Shown piece by piece: positions 39,665-52,180 of a stretch of 64,000 bases of DNA. The notes beneath the pieces were generated by a model. The model was given only the letters and a program-made list of their open reading frames with translations. It did no database searches and was not told the DNA's origin. How positions within the stretch are numbered: position 1 is the stretch's first letter; every line of letters begins with the position of its first letter. The translations under genes were made by a program, and so were the position numbers. The DNA is from an uncultured Candidatus Rokubacteria bacterium (lineage in GTDB: Bacteria > Methylomirabilota > Methylomirabilia > Rokubacteriales > CSP1-6): contig CAVYTA010000007.1 of assembly GCA_963771355.1 (NCBI GenBank), positions 288,001 to 352,000 on the forward strand, written 5' to 3'.

Positions 39665-41086
39665 ATGCTGGAGCCCGTGCGCGTCCGCTTTGCGCCCAGT
39701 CCCACCGGCCACCTCCACGTGGGCGGGGCCCGCACTGCGCTGTTCAACTGGGCCTTCGCGCGGCGCCACGGAGGCGTCTTCATCCTCCGGATCGAAGACA
39801 CCGATCGCGAGCGCTCCACCCAGGAGTCTCTCGAGGGGATCCTCGACGCCCTGACGTGGCTCGGGCTCGATTGGGACGAGGGGCCGCCGACGGCCGGCTA
39901 TCGGCAGACCGAGCGCAACGATATCTATCGCGCCCATGCCGACCGGCTGCTCGCCGAGGGCAAGGCCTATCGCTGTCGGTGCACGCCGGCCCTGCTCGAT
40001 TCCCTGCGTACGGCGGCCCAGGCGCGCGGCGAGACCTTCCGCTATCCCGGCACCTGTCGTGACGCGCAGGTGCCCGCCGGCGAGCCGCACGCGCTGCGGC
40101 TCCGCATCCCGGACACCGGGCAAACCGTGGTGGAGGACGTGCTCCACGGGACGGTGGTCTTCGATCATAGCCAGCTCGACGACTGGATCATCGTGCGCAC
40201 GGACGGAACGCCCACCTACAACTTCTGCGCGGTGGTGGACGACGTGACCATGAAGATCACCCACGTGATCCGGGGCGACGACCATCTGTCCAATACGCCG
40301 AAGCAGGTGCAGTGCTATCAGGCGCTCGGCTACCCGACTCCCGTCTTCGCGCATATCCCGCTCATCCTCGGCCCCGACAAGCGCCGGCTCTCGAAGCGCC
40401 ACGGAGCCAGCAGCGTGCAGGCGTTCCGCGAGGAGGGGGTTCTCACCGAGGCGCTCTTCAACTACCTGGCGCGGCTCGGCTGGTCGCACGGCGATCAGGA
40501 GGTCTTCTCGCGCGAGGACGTGGCGGCGCACTTCGATCTCGCCCACGTAGGGCAGGGGGCGGCCGTCTTCGACCGCGCCAAGCTGGAGTGGCTCAACCAG
40601 CACTGGATCAAGACGCTGCCGCCGGAGCAGGTCGTCGAGCGGCTGGTGCCGTTCCTCGAGCGGGCGGGGCTGCCGGTGCCCGCCGACCGCGCCTGGCTCG
40701 CCCGGGTGGTGATCACGCTCCGCGAGCGCGCCCGGACCCTGGTGGAGATGGCGGAGGCCGCGCGCTTCTACTTCGAGCCGCCGGCCGCGTACGATCCCGC
40801 CGCGGTGGCGAAGTTCTGGACCCCGGAGGCACCCGCGCGCTACGCCCTCCTCATCAAGCGCCTCGAGGCCGCGCCGCTCCTGGATCCCCCGGATCTCGAG
40901 GCGTTGTATCGCGGGCTGGCCGCCGAGCTGGAGCTCAAGCTCGTGGACCTCGCCCAGCTCACGCGCATCGCGCTGACCGGCCGCGCGGCCAGCCCGCCCA
41001 TCTTCGAGGTGGTCGCCCTCGTGGGCCGCGACGAGACCCTCCGCCGGCTGCGCGCCGCCCAGGCCGCCGCCGAGGCGCGCCGGTGA
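39665..41086 (+). CDS. gltX: Glutamate--tRNA ligase
   Basis: VRFAPSPTGHLHVGG, LRIEDTD, RLSKRHG; TACAAT 7 nt before ATG 39665. Confidence 0.96.
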   Translation: MLEPVRVRFAPSPTGHLHVGGARTALFNWAFARRHGGVFILRIEDTDRERSTQESLEGILDALTWLGLDWDEGPPTAGYRQTERNDIYRAHADRLLAEGKAYRCRCTPALLDSLRTAAQARGETFRYPGTCRDAQVPAGEPHALRLRIPDTGQTVVEDVLHGTVVFDHSQLDDWIIVRTDGTPTYNFCAVVDDVTMKITHVIRGDDHLSNTPKQVQCYQALGYPTPVFAHIPLILGPDKRRLSKRHGASSVQAFREEGVLTEALFNYLARLGWSHGDQEVFSREDVAAHFDLAHVGQGAAVFDRAKLEWLNQHWIKTLPPEQVVERLVPFLERAGLPVPADRAWLARVVITLRERARTLVEMAEAARFYFEPPAAYDPAAVAKFWTPEAPARYALLIKRLEAAPLLDPPDLEALYRGLAAELELKLVDLAQLTRIALTGRAASPPIFEVVALVGRDETLRRLRAAQAAAEARR

Positions 41087-41721
41087 GGCGGCTGCTGCTC
41101 GCCCGCCACGGCCAGTCCGTGTCGAATGCGGTGCGGCGCTTCCAGGGCGTGCAGGACGTGCCGCTGTCCGAGCTGGGGCGCCGGCAGGCGGAGGCGCTGG
41201 CGGGCGCGCTCCGCGGGCGCCGCATCGCCGCCGTCTACTCGAGCCCGCTGCTGCGCGCCCGCCACACCGCGGAGCTGGCCGCCGCCGCCGTCCAGGCCCC
41301 GCTCGAGTACGTGGACGATCTGCGCGAGCTCTCACTGGGCGAGTGGGAAGGCTGCACGGTGGAGGAGGTCCAGGCCCGGCCCGGCAATCCCTACGCGTGC
41401 TGGGTGCGCGACCCGGTGGGATCGCTCCCGCCCGGCTCGGAGCCCCTGGCCGCCGTGCAGGCGCGCGTGGTCCGTGCCCTCGCCGACATCGAGCGCGCGC
41501 ATCCCAACGGGGACGACGTGCTGGTGGTCTGCCACGGCGGGGTGATCAGCGCCTATCTCGCGCACTGCCTGGGGCTGCCGCTGTCGTCCATCTGGCGCCT
41601 CACGCTCTCGAACTGCTCCATCACCGAGCTGGCGCCGCCGCGCCTGCTCTCGATGAACGTCACCGCGCACCTGGCGGAGGTCGCGGCGCCGCTGAGCGGC
41701 TTCCCGACGCTGTCCCCATGA
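41083..41721 (+). CDS. Histidine phosphatase family protein
   Basis: LARHGQS, YSSPLLRA, LRE..LGEWEG, VVCHGGVI. Confidence 0.9.
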   Translation: MRRLLLARHGQSVSNAVRRFQGVQDVPLSELGRRQAEALAGALRGRRIAAVYSSPLLRARHTAELAAAAVQAPLEYVDDLRELSLGEWEGCTVEEVQARPGNPYACWVRDPVGSLPPGSEPLAAVQARVVRALADIERAHPNGDDVLVVCHGGVISAYLAHCLGLPLSSIWRLTLSNCSITELAPPRLLSMNVTAHLAEVAAPLSGFPTLSP

Positions 41722-41731
41722 GGGGGCGGCC

Positions 41732-43336
41732 GTGACCGTCCTCTCGCTGCTCGGCGGCCTCGCGCTGCTCCTCTATGGCATGCAGCTGTCCGGCGAAGGG
41801 CTGCAGCGCGCGGCGGGCGGGCACCTGCGCCACCTGCTCACCAGCATGACGCGGACCCGCCTCTCCGCGGTAGGGGCGGGGGCCCTGGTGACCGCCCTCA
41901 TCCAGTCCTCCTCCGCGACCACGCTGATGCTCATCGGCTTCGTCTCGGCCGGCCTGATGACCTTCCGCCAGTCCCTCGGCATCATCCTCGGCGCCGACAT
42001 CGGCACCACCCTCACCGTGCAGCTGCTCGCCTTCAACATCCGCGACCTCGCCCTCCTGCTGGTCGCGCTGGGCTTCGCCATGTCCTTCTTCGGGCGGCGG
42101 GGCCTCGTCAAGAACATCGGCCACGCCGTGCTCGGCTTCGGCTTCCTCTTCCTCGGCATGCGGCTCATGACGGACGGCATCGCCCCCATGGCCGAGCACC
42201 CGCTGGCCCGTCAGGTCCTGGTGGCCTTCGCGTCGAATCCGCCGGTGGGGGCGCTGGCCGGCGCGCTGCTGAGCGCGGGCATGGCCTCCTCCGCCGCCAC
42301 CATCGGGGTCCTCCTCTCCCTCGCCCATCAGGGATTGCTCCCCCTGGAGGGCGCGCTGCCGGTGGTGCTGGGCGCCAATGTCGGGACGTGCGCGATCGCG
42401 CTGGCGGCGAGCATGCGCTCGACGGCGGATGCCCGCCGGGTGGCGGTGGCCCACATCGCCTTCAAGGTGCTCGGGGTGGCGCTCGTCTTCCCCTTCATCC
42501 AGGCGCTGACCGCGATGGTGGCCCAGACCGCCGCCGATCCGGCCCGGCAGATCGCCAATGCGCACACGCTGTTCAACGTGGCCATCAGCGCGCTCTTCCT
42601 GCCCTTCGCGCCCCTGGCCGCGCGCGCCATCACCGCGCTGGTACCCGAGCAGGAGCGCGGCGACAACCCGTTCAAGACGCGCTACCTCGACGACCGGTAC
42701 CTCGATCAGCCGTCCCTTGCCCTCGGCCAGGCCACCCGCGAGGCCCTCCGCATGGGGGACGTGGCGCAGAGCATGCTGCGCGACGCGCTGGTGGTCCTCC
42801 GTCGTGACGACCCGGAGCTCCTCGAGGAGGTCGAGCGCCGCGACGATCAGCTCGACTACCTCGAGCGCCAGATCAAGATCTTCCTGGCCCGCCTCGGCCG
42901 CGAGACCATGAGCTCGGACATGGCCGCCCGCGAGATCGCGCTCATCTCCTTCATCGGGAATCTAGAAAATATCGGCGACATCGTGGACAAGAACCTGATG
43001 GAGCTGGCGCGGAAGAAGCTCTACCAGGGCCGGCGCTTCTCGGAGGCGGGCGAGCTCGAGCTGACGGAGTTCCACGAGATGGTGTCCAAGAATCTCGAGC
43101 GCGCCATCGCCGCCTTCGCCTCCGCCGACCGCGCGCTGGCCCAGGAGGTGCTCGACCATCGGCCGCTCATCCGGCAGCGGGAGCGCGAGCTGCGCGAGTC
43201 GCATCTCTCCCGGCTGCGGCGCGGGCTCGCGGAGTCGCTGGAGACCTCGGAGATCCACCTCGACGTCCTCACCAACCTCAAGCGCATCTCCTCGCACGCC
43301 ACCGCCCTGGTCTTCCCCATTCTCGAAGAGGAGTGA
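41732..43336 (+). CDS. Na/Pi cotransporter family protein with PhoU-like C-terminus
   Basis: IQSSSATT, GADIGTT, GANVGT, RQIANAHTLFN, LENIGD. Confidence 0.9.
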   Translation: MTVLSLLGGLALLLYGMQLSGEGLQRAAGGHLRHLLTSMTRTRLSAVGAGALVTALIQSSSATTLMLIGFVSAGLMTFRQSLGIILGADIGTTLTVQLLAFNIRDLALLLVALGFAMSFFGRRGLVKNIGHAVLGFGFLFLGMRLMTDGIAPMAEHPLARQVLVAFASNPPVGALAGALLSAGMASSAATIGVLLSLAHQGLLPLEGALPVVLGANVGTCAIALAASMRSTADARRVAVAHIAFKVLGVALVFPFIQALTAMVAQTAADPARQIANAHTLFNVAISALFLPFAPLAARAITALVPEQERGDNPFKTRYLDDRYLDQPSLALGQATREALRMGDVAQSMLRDALVVLRRDDPELLEEVERRDDQLDYLERQIKIFLARLGRETMSSDMAAREIALISFIGNLENIGDIVDKNLMELARKKLYQGRRFSEAGELELTEFHEMVSKNLERAIAAFASADRALAQEVLDHRPLIRQRERELRESHLSRLRRGLAESLETSEIHLDVLTNLKRISSHATALVFPILEEE

Positions 43337-43340
43337 GGCG

Positions 43341-45172
<1,832 letters not shown>

Positions 45173-45193
45173 CGGGTTTGACCATTACCATCA

Positions 45194-45216
45194 TCAACAT
45201 GCCTTTGGCATGTTGA
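45194..45216. repeat. Perfect 10-bp inverted repeat between glnB and glnE
   Basis: TCAACATGCC-TTT-GGCATGTTGA. Confidence 0.8.
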
Positions 45217-45279
45217 CCGTGGCCCGATCGGATAGGGCGACCCGCGGCGTGCGCGTTACCGACGGCTGGCGACCGGCTG

Positions 45280-48200
45280 ATGGTTGATCTCCTTCGCGCG
45301 GCGCCGCGTGATCGGAAGGCCCTCGCCGAGCTCCGGCGGCGGGGCTTCACGGAGCCGGGGACGGCGCTGGCGAACCTGCACGGGCTGGCGCCCTCCCCCG
45401 CCGAGGGCGCGCTGCTGGAGCCACTGCTGCCGCGCCTGCTGGCGGAGCTGGCGGCGGCGCCGGACCCGGACATGGCGCTGAACAACCTCGAGCGCCTCGC
45501 CGCCCAGGGCGACCGCGCCGCGCTCCTCCGCACCCTGGGCGGCCACCCGGGCGCCATCCATCTCCTCGCGCGTCTCGGCGGGACCAGCCAGTTCCTCGCC
45601 GACACCCTGCGGCGCTATCCGCAGCTCCTCGCCTGGCTGCTCGAGCCGAGCATCATGCGGCAGTGGCTCGCCGATGATTTCGAGGCCGAGCTCACCGCCA
45701 GCCTCGCCCCGTTCACGCGCCGCGAGGCGCGCTGGAACGCGCTCCGCCGCTTCAAGTACCGGCAGCTCCTGCGCATCGGCAGCCGCGACATCCTGGGCGA
45801 CGCCGATCTCACCGTCACCACCGAGGAGCTCTCGCGCCTCGCCGACGTCTGCCTGGCCGCCGCCTGCCGCTGGGCCGAGGAGGCCCTCGAGCCGCGCTAC
45901 GGCGTCCCCCTCGCGCCCGACGGCACGCGCACGGGGTTCGCCGTGATCGGCATGGGCAAGCTGGGGGGCGACGAGCTCAACTATTCCTCCGACATCGACC
46001 TCATCTTCGTCTACGGCGACGACGGCGAGACCAGCGGCGGGAGCGAGGGGCCGGTGCCCAACGGCCACTACTTCGCGGAAGCGGCCAAGGCGGTGGTGGC
46101 GGCGGTGGAGTCGATGACCGACGAGGGCTATGCCTTCCGCGTGGACCTGCGGCTCCGCCCCGAGGGCCGCTCGGGCGCCCTCATCCTGTCGCTGGAGGGC
46201 TATCGCGCCTACTTCGCCGATCGCGCCGAGCTGTGGGAGCGTCAGGCCCTCATCAAGGCGCGCCTCGCCGCGGGGGATGGCGCGGTGGCGGCTCGCTTCT
46301 TCCAGCTGGTCCGGCCCTTCGTGTTCCGGCCCGGCCTCGACGAGGCCATCGTCGCCGACGTCCGCCGCATGAAGCAGGAGATCGACCGGGCGCAGCGGGC
46401 CAAGGGCGCCGAGCGGCGCAACGTGAAGCTCGGACGCGGCGGGATCCGCGAGGTGGAGTTCCTGGCCCAGGCGCTGCAGCTGCTCTACGCGGGCGACGAC
46501 CCGTGGCTGCGCGGCGGGAACACGCTGCGCACCCTGTTCCGTCTCACCGAGCGCGGCTATCTGTCCCCGGGGCAGGGCCGTATGCTGGGGGACGCCCTGG
46601 TCTTCCTCCGAAATGTGGAGCATCGGCTGCAGATTCTCCACGAGTTCCAGACCCACACGTTGCCCGAGGACCCGCGCGCGCTGGGCCTGCTCGCCCGCCG
46701 CATGGGGGTCGCGCTCCCGCCGGACGCCGCCCGGCGGCGCTTCCTCGCCGAGTACCGGCGGGTCACCAACGGCGTCCACGCGGCCTTCCGCGAGTTCTTC
46801 GAGGCGCGCGCGATCCCGCGCGGAGTGACGCCGCCCCGCATTCCCACCTTCACCGCGCTCAAGGCCACCGGCTTCGCCGATCCCGACCGCGCGCGGCAGA
46901 ACCTTCGCCTGGTGCTGGAGGGCCGGCCGCTCCTGCCGTACCCCGCGCGGGCGGGCGCGGCGCTGGCCCGGATGCTGCCGGTGCTGCTCGACGCGCTCTG
47001 GCAGAGCCCGGATCCGGACGAGGCCCTCAACCAGTTCGAGCGCTTCGTGTCCGCGGCGGGCCCGCGCACCGCCTGGCTCGAGCTCCTCGCCGACCATCCC
47101 GCGCTGCTCACCAACCTGGTCCGGCTCTGCGCGCGGGGCGAGCTTGTCACCCAGATGCTCCTCACCCAGCCGGAGCTGCTGGGCGGCCTCGCGGACCCCG
47201 CCACCTTCGCCGCGCAGAAGACGGGGCGGGAGTTCCGGGCCGCGCTGGCCCCCGTGCTCGCTCCCGCGACGCTCCCCGAACGAAAAGACCTCCTGCGCCG
47301 GCTCAAGGGGGCGGAGGAGCTGCGCGCGACCTGGCGCATGCTGCTCGGCGTGACGGACGCCGAGCGCTTCTCGACCGAGCTCACCGCGCTGGCCCAGGCC
47401 GCGCTGGCCACCGCGTGGCTGATGGCGGTAACGGACGAGGCACGGCGGCACGGCGTGCCGCGCGACGCGGCCGGCCGCTTCATCGACGCGGTGATCGTGG
47501 GGGTGGGGAAGCTCGGCGGCCGCGAGCTCACCACCGGATCCGACCTCGACCTCTTCGTGATCTTCGACCGGGACGGCATGACCGACGGCGCCCTGCCCAT
47601 CGAGGCCGCCGTCTTCTATCATCAGGCGGTGGAGATGCTCCAATCGCTCCTGGGCGACATCACCGCGGCGGGCATCGTCTTCCCGGTGGACCTGCGGCTC
47701 CGACCCGGCTCCAAGGGCAGCACCTTCGCGGCCAGCGTCGACTCCATGGCGCAGTATTATCGCGAGTGGGCCGACCCCTGGGAGCGACAGACGCTCACGC
47801 GGGCCCGGCTGGTCGCGGGGGACCCCGGCGTGGGCCGCCGGGTGCGCCGCCTCGTGAGCGAGCTGCTCTACGGGCCGACGGCGGCGGCGCCTGATCTCAA
47901 GGAGATGCGCATGTTGCGCGAGCGGATGGAGAAGGAGCTGGGCAAGGAGACCCCCGGGCTCTATCACGTGAAGTTCGGCCGGGGAGGCCTGGTGGACGTG
48001 GAGTTCATCACCCAGGCGATCCAGCTGGTCCATGGCCGGCGCCACCCCGGGATCCGGCGGCCGAACACGCTGCAGGCCATCCGGGCCATCGGCGCCGCCG
48101 GGCTCCTGCCCGCCGAGGACGTCGCCGCCCTGGCCGAGCAGTATCGCTTCCTCCGCCGCGTGTCGGCGAGCCTGCGCCTGTTCGGCGTGCGGCCGTCGGA

Positions 48201-48339
48201 CACGCTCGAGCTGGCGGGTCCGTTCCCCGCGCGCGTGGCGAAGAGCCTCGACTATCCGTCGCGGAAGGACTTCCTCGAGGACTACCGGAAGCGCACCGCG
48301 TGGGTGCGCGCGCTGTGGAGCCGCGTGGTGCCGGCATGA
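45280..48339 (+). CDS. glnE: Glutamine synthetase adenylyltransferase/adenylyl-removing enzyme
   Basis: Two nucleotidyltransferase domains: GMGKLGGDELNYSSDIDL, GVGKLGGRELTTGSDLDL; VDLRLRP twice. Confidence 0.93.
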   Translation: MVDLLRAAPRDRKALAELRRRGFTEPGTALANLHGLAPSPAEGALLEPLLPRLLAELAAAPDPDMALNNLERLAAQGDRAALLRTLGGHPGAIHLLARLGGTSQFLADTLRRYPQLLAWLLEPSIMRQWLADDFEAELTASLAPFTRREARWNALRRFKYRQLLRIGSRDILGDADLTVTTEELSRLADVCLAAACRWAEEALEPRYGVPLAPDGTRTGFAVIGMGKLGGDELNYSSDIDLIFVYGDDGETSGGSEGPVPNGHYFAEAAKAVVAAVESMTDEGYAFRVDLRLRPEGRSGALILSLEGYRAYFADRAELWERQALIKARLAAGDGAVAARFFQLVRPFVFRPGLDEAIVADVRRMKQEIDRAQRAKGAERRNVKLGRGGIREVEFLAQALQLLYAGDDPWLRGGNTLRTLFRLTERGYLSPGQGRMLGDALVFLRNVEHRLQILHEFQTHTLPEDPRALGLLARRMGVALPPDAARRRFLAEYRRVTNGVHAAFREFFEARAIPRGVTPPRIPTFTALKATGFADPDRARQNLRLVLEGRPLLPYPARAGAALARMLPVLLDALWQSPDPDEALNQFERFVSAAGPRTAWLELLADHPALLTNLVRLCARGELVTQMLLTQPELLGGLADPATFAAQKTGREFRAALAPVLAPATLPERKDLLRRLKGAEELRATWRMLLGVTDAERFSTELTALAQAALATAWLMAVTDEARRHGVPRDAAGRFIDAVIVGVGKLGGRELTTGSDLDLFVIFDRDGMTDGALPIEAAVFYHQAVEMLQSLLGDITAAGIVFPVDLRLRPGSKGSTFAASVDSMAQYYREWADPWERQTLTRARLVAGDPGVGRRVRRLVSELLYGPTAAAPDLKEMRMLRERMEKELGKETPGLYHVKFGRGGLVDVEFITQAIQLVHGRRHPGIRRPNTLQAIRAIGAAGLLPAEDVAALAEQYRFLRRVSASLRLFGVRPSDTLELAGPFPARVAKSLDYPSRKDFLEDYRKRTAWVRALWSRVVPA

Positions 48340-51300
48340 GCCCGCGCCTCTTCATCCTCGACGGGCCCGGGTTCCTCTTCCGCGCCTATCACGCGCTGCC
48401 GTATCTCTCCACGTCGCGTGGCATGCCGGTGAACGCGATACTGGGCATGTCCACCATGCTGTGGAAGCTGCTCCGGGAAGAGCAGCCGGACTACTTCGCG
48501 GTGGCGTGGGACCCGCCCGGCCCGACCTTTCGAGATGAGAAATTCGCCGCCTACAAGGAGACGCGCGCGGCCACGCCGGACGACCTGCGGCGCCAGATCC
48601 CCGTGGTCATGCAGCTGTTCGAGGCCCTTCGGCTGCCCCTGCTCGAGGTGCCGGGCTTCGAGGCCGACGACGTGCTGGGCACCGTGGTGGACCGGGCCCG
48701 CGCGCAGGATCTCGACGTGGTGCTCGTCACCAGCGACAAGGACATGCTCCAGCTCGTCGGGCCGCGGGTGCGCGTGCTCGCGCCGGGCGCGCGCGCGGGC
48801 GAGCAGGTCCTCTACGACGCGGACAAGGTCCGCGAGAAGTGGGGCGTGGGGCCCGAGCAGATTCCTGATCTCCTCGCGCTGATGGGCGACTCCATCGACA
48901 ATATCCCCGGCGTGCCCGGCGTGGGCCAGAAGACCGCGGTCAAGCTCATCGGCCAGTTCGGCTCGGTGGACGGGCTCTACGACCACCTCACCCTCGTGCC
49001 CGGCAAGCTGCGCGAGACGCTGGCCGCCAATCGCAAGCAGGCGCTGCTCTCGCGCGAGCTGGCCACCGTGAGCACCCGCGTGCCTCTGCCCGAGGATCTC
49101 GAGGGCCTGCGGCGCCAGGAGCCGGACTGGGAGCGCCTGCGCGCGCTGTGGACCGAGCTCGAGCTGCGCACCTTGCTCCGCCAGCTCCCGGAGCAGCCCG
49201 GCGCGCCGGTGGAGATGGCGGACGAGCTGCCCGTCGACAGCCCCGAGGCCCTGGCCGCCTTTCTGGCCAAGGTTCCCGCGGGCGAGCCGCTCGCGGTGGA
49301 CTGGATGGGGGAGGGAGGGCCGCCGAGTCCCGAGGTCACGCGCGTGGGCCTGCATCACCCGGCCGCCGGCGACGTGCTCGTGGCCGCGGAGACCCTCGGG
49401 CCGCTGGCCGGCCGCACCCTCATCGGGCACGACCTGAAGCCCCTGCTGGAGTGGTGGCTCGCGCGCGGGGAGCCGGCCCCTCCGGTGGAGGACACCGCGG
49501 TGGCCGCGTACCTCCTCAACTCGGCGCGCAGCAACTACAAGCTCGAGGAAGTGTGCGCCGAGCACCTGGGCGAGGGGCCGGGGCTCGCGCGCCCGGGCGG
49601 CCGGGCGCGCTGGGTGTGGCAGCTCTGGGAGCAGGAGGCGCGCGAGCTGCGGGAGGCCACCCTCCGCGCGCTCTACGACGAGATCGAGCGCCCCCTCATC
49701 CCCGTCCTCGCCTCCATGGAGCGCCACGGCGTCACCGTGGATCCCGCCCGCCTCGCCGAGTTCTCGAAGGAGCTGGATCGCAGCCTCGGCAACCTGACGG
49801 GGGAGATCTACACGCTCGCCGGCGAGCAGTTCAACCTGGGCTCGCCCAAGCAGCTCGCCACCATCCTCTTCGAGAAGCTGCGGCTGCCGCCGGTGCGGAA
49901 GACCAAGACCGGCTACTCCACCGACGCCGACGTGCTCGAGCAGCTCGCGCTGAGCCACGCGCTGCCCGCCAAGATCATCGAGCACCGCACGCTGGCCAAG
50001 CTCAAGTCGACCTACGCGGACGCGCTGCCCCTCATGATCAACGCCGAGACCGGGCGCATCCACACGTCGCTGAACCAGCTCGTGGCGGCGACGGGGCGGC
50101 TCTCCTGCCTGCCCGCGGGCACGCTGGTCAATACCCGGAGAGGGCTGGTCGGAATCGAGACGGTGCGACCCGGTGAGCACATCCATACCTCACGCGGCAT
50201 GCAGATCGTCCAGGCCTCGGAGTGCACGGGAGTGAAGCCGGTCGTCGCCCTCCACCTGTCCAACGGGACGATCTTTCGATGCAGTCCGGAACACCGGCTC
50301 CGGAGCAAGGGGGTCTGGAAGACCGCCGAAGAGATCGGGGCCGGAGACCCGCTCTACATGACGTTTCGCGAAGGCATGTTCGGGGATCGCCTCCGGCTCG
50401 ACGTGGCGCGGACCGCCGACTATGAAACGCGGAAGTCTCCTCGAATTCCGGCGGAATGGTCGGTGGAGCTCGCCGAGCTGGTCGGCTATGCGATGGCGGA
50501 CGGCCACATCGCCCGGAGCAACTACAACGGTAAGCCGGCCAAGCTCGTTCTCGCGTTCGGGTGGGATGAAGACGCGCTCGAGCAGCGGATGGCCCAGCAC
50601 ATCGTCAAGCTCTTCGGCAAGGAGCCTACCTTCAGGGTCACTCGCACCTGCCCGGTTCTGGAAGTGTCCGGCGTGGACATCGGGGGCTTCATCGAGCAGA
50701 TAGGCGCGGGCGGGTTGTCGGGTGCGCTGAGAGTGCCGCCGTCCTTGTTCCAGGCTCCGAAAGGGCGTGGTGGCGCGCATTTCTTCGAGGATACTTCGAG
50801 GGGGATGGCTCCGCTGATCCACTGAGTGTTCGATCCGTCTCGAGGGGGATGCTGGAGGATGTCCACTACCTCCTGACGCTGTTCGGCATTCCGAGCCGCA
50901 TTCGAGAGGGAGAGCTCGATCCTCGAGGCTACGCGCCGCGCCACACGCTCAGGATTCTGGGAGATCGCTCCAAGCGGACATTCCTCGGGAGTATCGGGTT
51001 CCTGAGCTCGAGGAAGATCGAGCGACTCGCGGAGTTCGCGAATCGACCGAAGGCGAAGAGCAAGAGTGAGCTGCTCACGCTCAGAGATCCGGCCGACGTT
51101 CTGGACCTCATGCCGACCATCTTCGAAGCCGCACGCTCATCCGATGGAGGAGTGTCGCCGTCACTCTATCAGTTTGCCCACACGTTCGCGGCGGGGCGCA
51201 CGACGATCACGCTGGGCCGGGCCGAGCAGATCCGGCGAGCAATCCGGCTACGAGTATCGACTCCACCGGCCTATCTCGCCGAGATCGTCGGCAGTCAGTA

Positions 51301-52180
51301 CTTCGAGGTTCACGTCGAGCGTGTCGAGTTCGAGGCGTCGGTACCGATGTACGACATCGCAGTGTCCGGTGAACAATACATGGCGCAGGGCATCGTCGTG
51401 CACAATTCCGCCCTGCCCAATTTACAAAACATACCCGTGCGCACCGAGCTGGGCCGGCGCATCCGCGCCGCGTTCGTGCCCGCGCCGGGCTGGCGCTTCG
51501 TGGCCGCGGACTACTCGCAGATCGAGCTGCGCCTGCTCGCCCACGTCTCCGGCGAGGAGAGCCTGGTGGAGGCCTTCCGGAACGGCGAGGACATTCATCG
51601 GCGCACGGCCGCGGAGGTGTTCGGCGTACCGCTCGCGGAGGTGACGTCCACCCAGCGCGACGCCGCCAAGACCACCAACTTCTCCGTGATCTACGGGGTC
51701 ACCGCCTTCGGGCTCGCCCGCGGGCTCGGCATCTCCTCCCGCGAGGCGCAGGACTTCCTCGACCGCTTCTTCGCGCGGCACCCCAAGGTGCGGGCGTACC
51801 TCGACGCCACCGTCAAGGAAGGGCGCAGCAAGGGCTTCGTGCAGACGCTCTTCGGCCGGCGGCGGTACCTGCCCGAGCTGCGGAGCGGCAACCCCAACCT
51901 GCGCGGCTTCGCGGAGCGGATGGCCACGAACGCTCCCATCCAGGGCACCGCCGCCGACCTCATCAAGATCGCCATGATCCGGATGGCGCGGGCGCTGGAG
52001 GCGGGGCGCTTCGCGACCCGCATGCTGCTCCAGGTGCACGACGAGCTGCTCTTCGAGGCGCCGCCGGACGAGGAGAAGCGCCTCGAGGCGCTCGCCGCCG
52101 AGGTGATGGAGGGCGCGATGACGCTGGACGTCCCCCTCAAGGTGGACGTCAAGGTCGGGGCCGACTGGGCCGAGGTGTGA
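48336..52180 (+). CDS. polA: DNA polymerase I, intein-containing (apparent frameshift inside the intein)
   Basis: 5'-3' exonuclease (FRAYHA, EADD, GD..DNIPGVPGVG.KTA); TGRLS|intein|SALPNLQNIP; ADYSQIELR; LLQVHDEL. Confidence 0.93.
50106..51406 (+). mobile_element. Intein with LAGLIDADG homing endonuclease in polA
   Basis: Starts CLPAGTLV; block B CSPEH; LVGYAMADG and FLRGYFEGDG; ends YDIAV...VVHN followed by Ser; codon usage more A/T-rich than host. Confidence 0.93.

Noticed and set aside
41083..41721. Histidine phosphatase as the missing phosphatase of the Araf donor pathway
   Set aside because: Separated from the cassette by gltX, soluble, and not the PAP2 type proposed for mycobacteria; no direct support
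45256..48045. Long antisense or alternative-frame ORFs (also 1200-3524, 10450-12432, 33209-35734, 53371-55971)
   Set aside because: Stop-poor shadows of real genes in high-GC DNA, with no recognisable motifs
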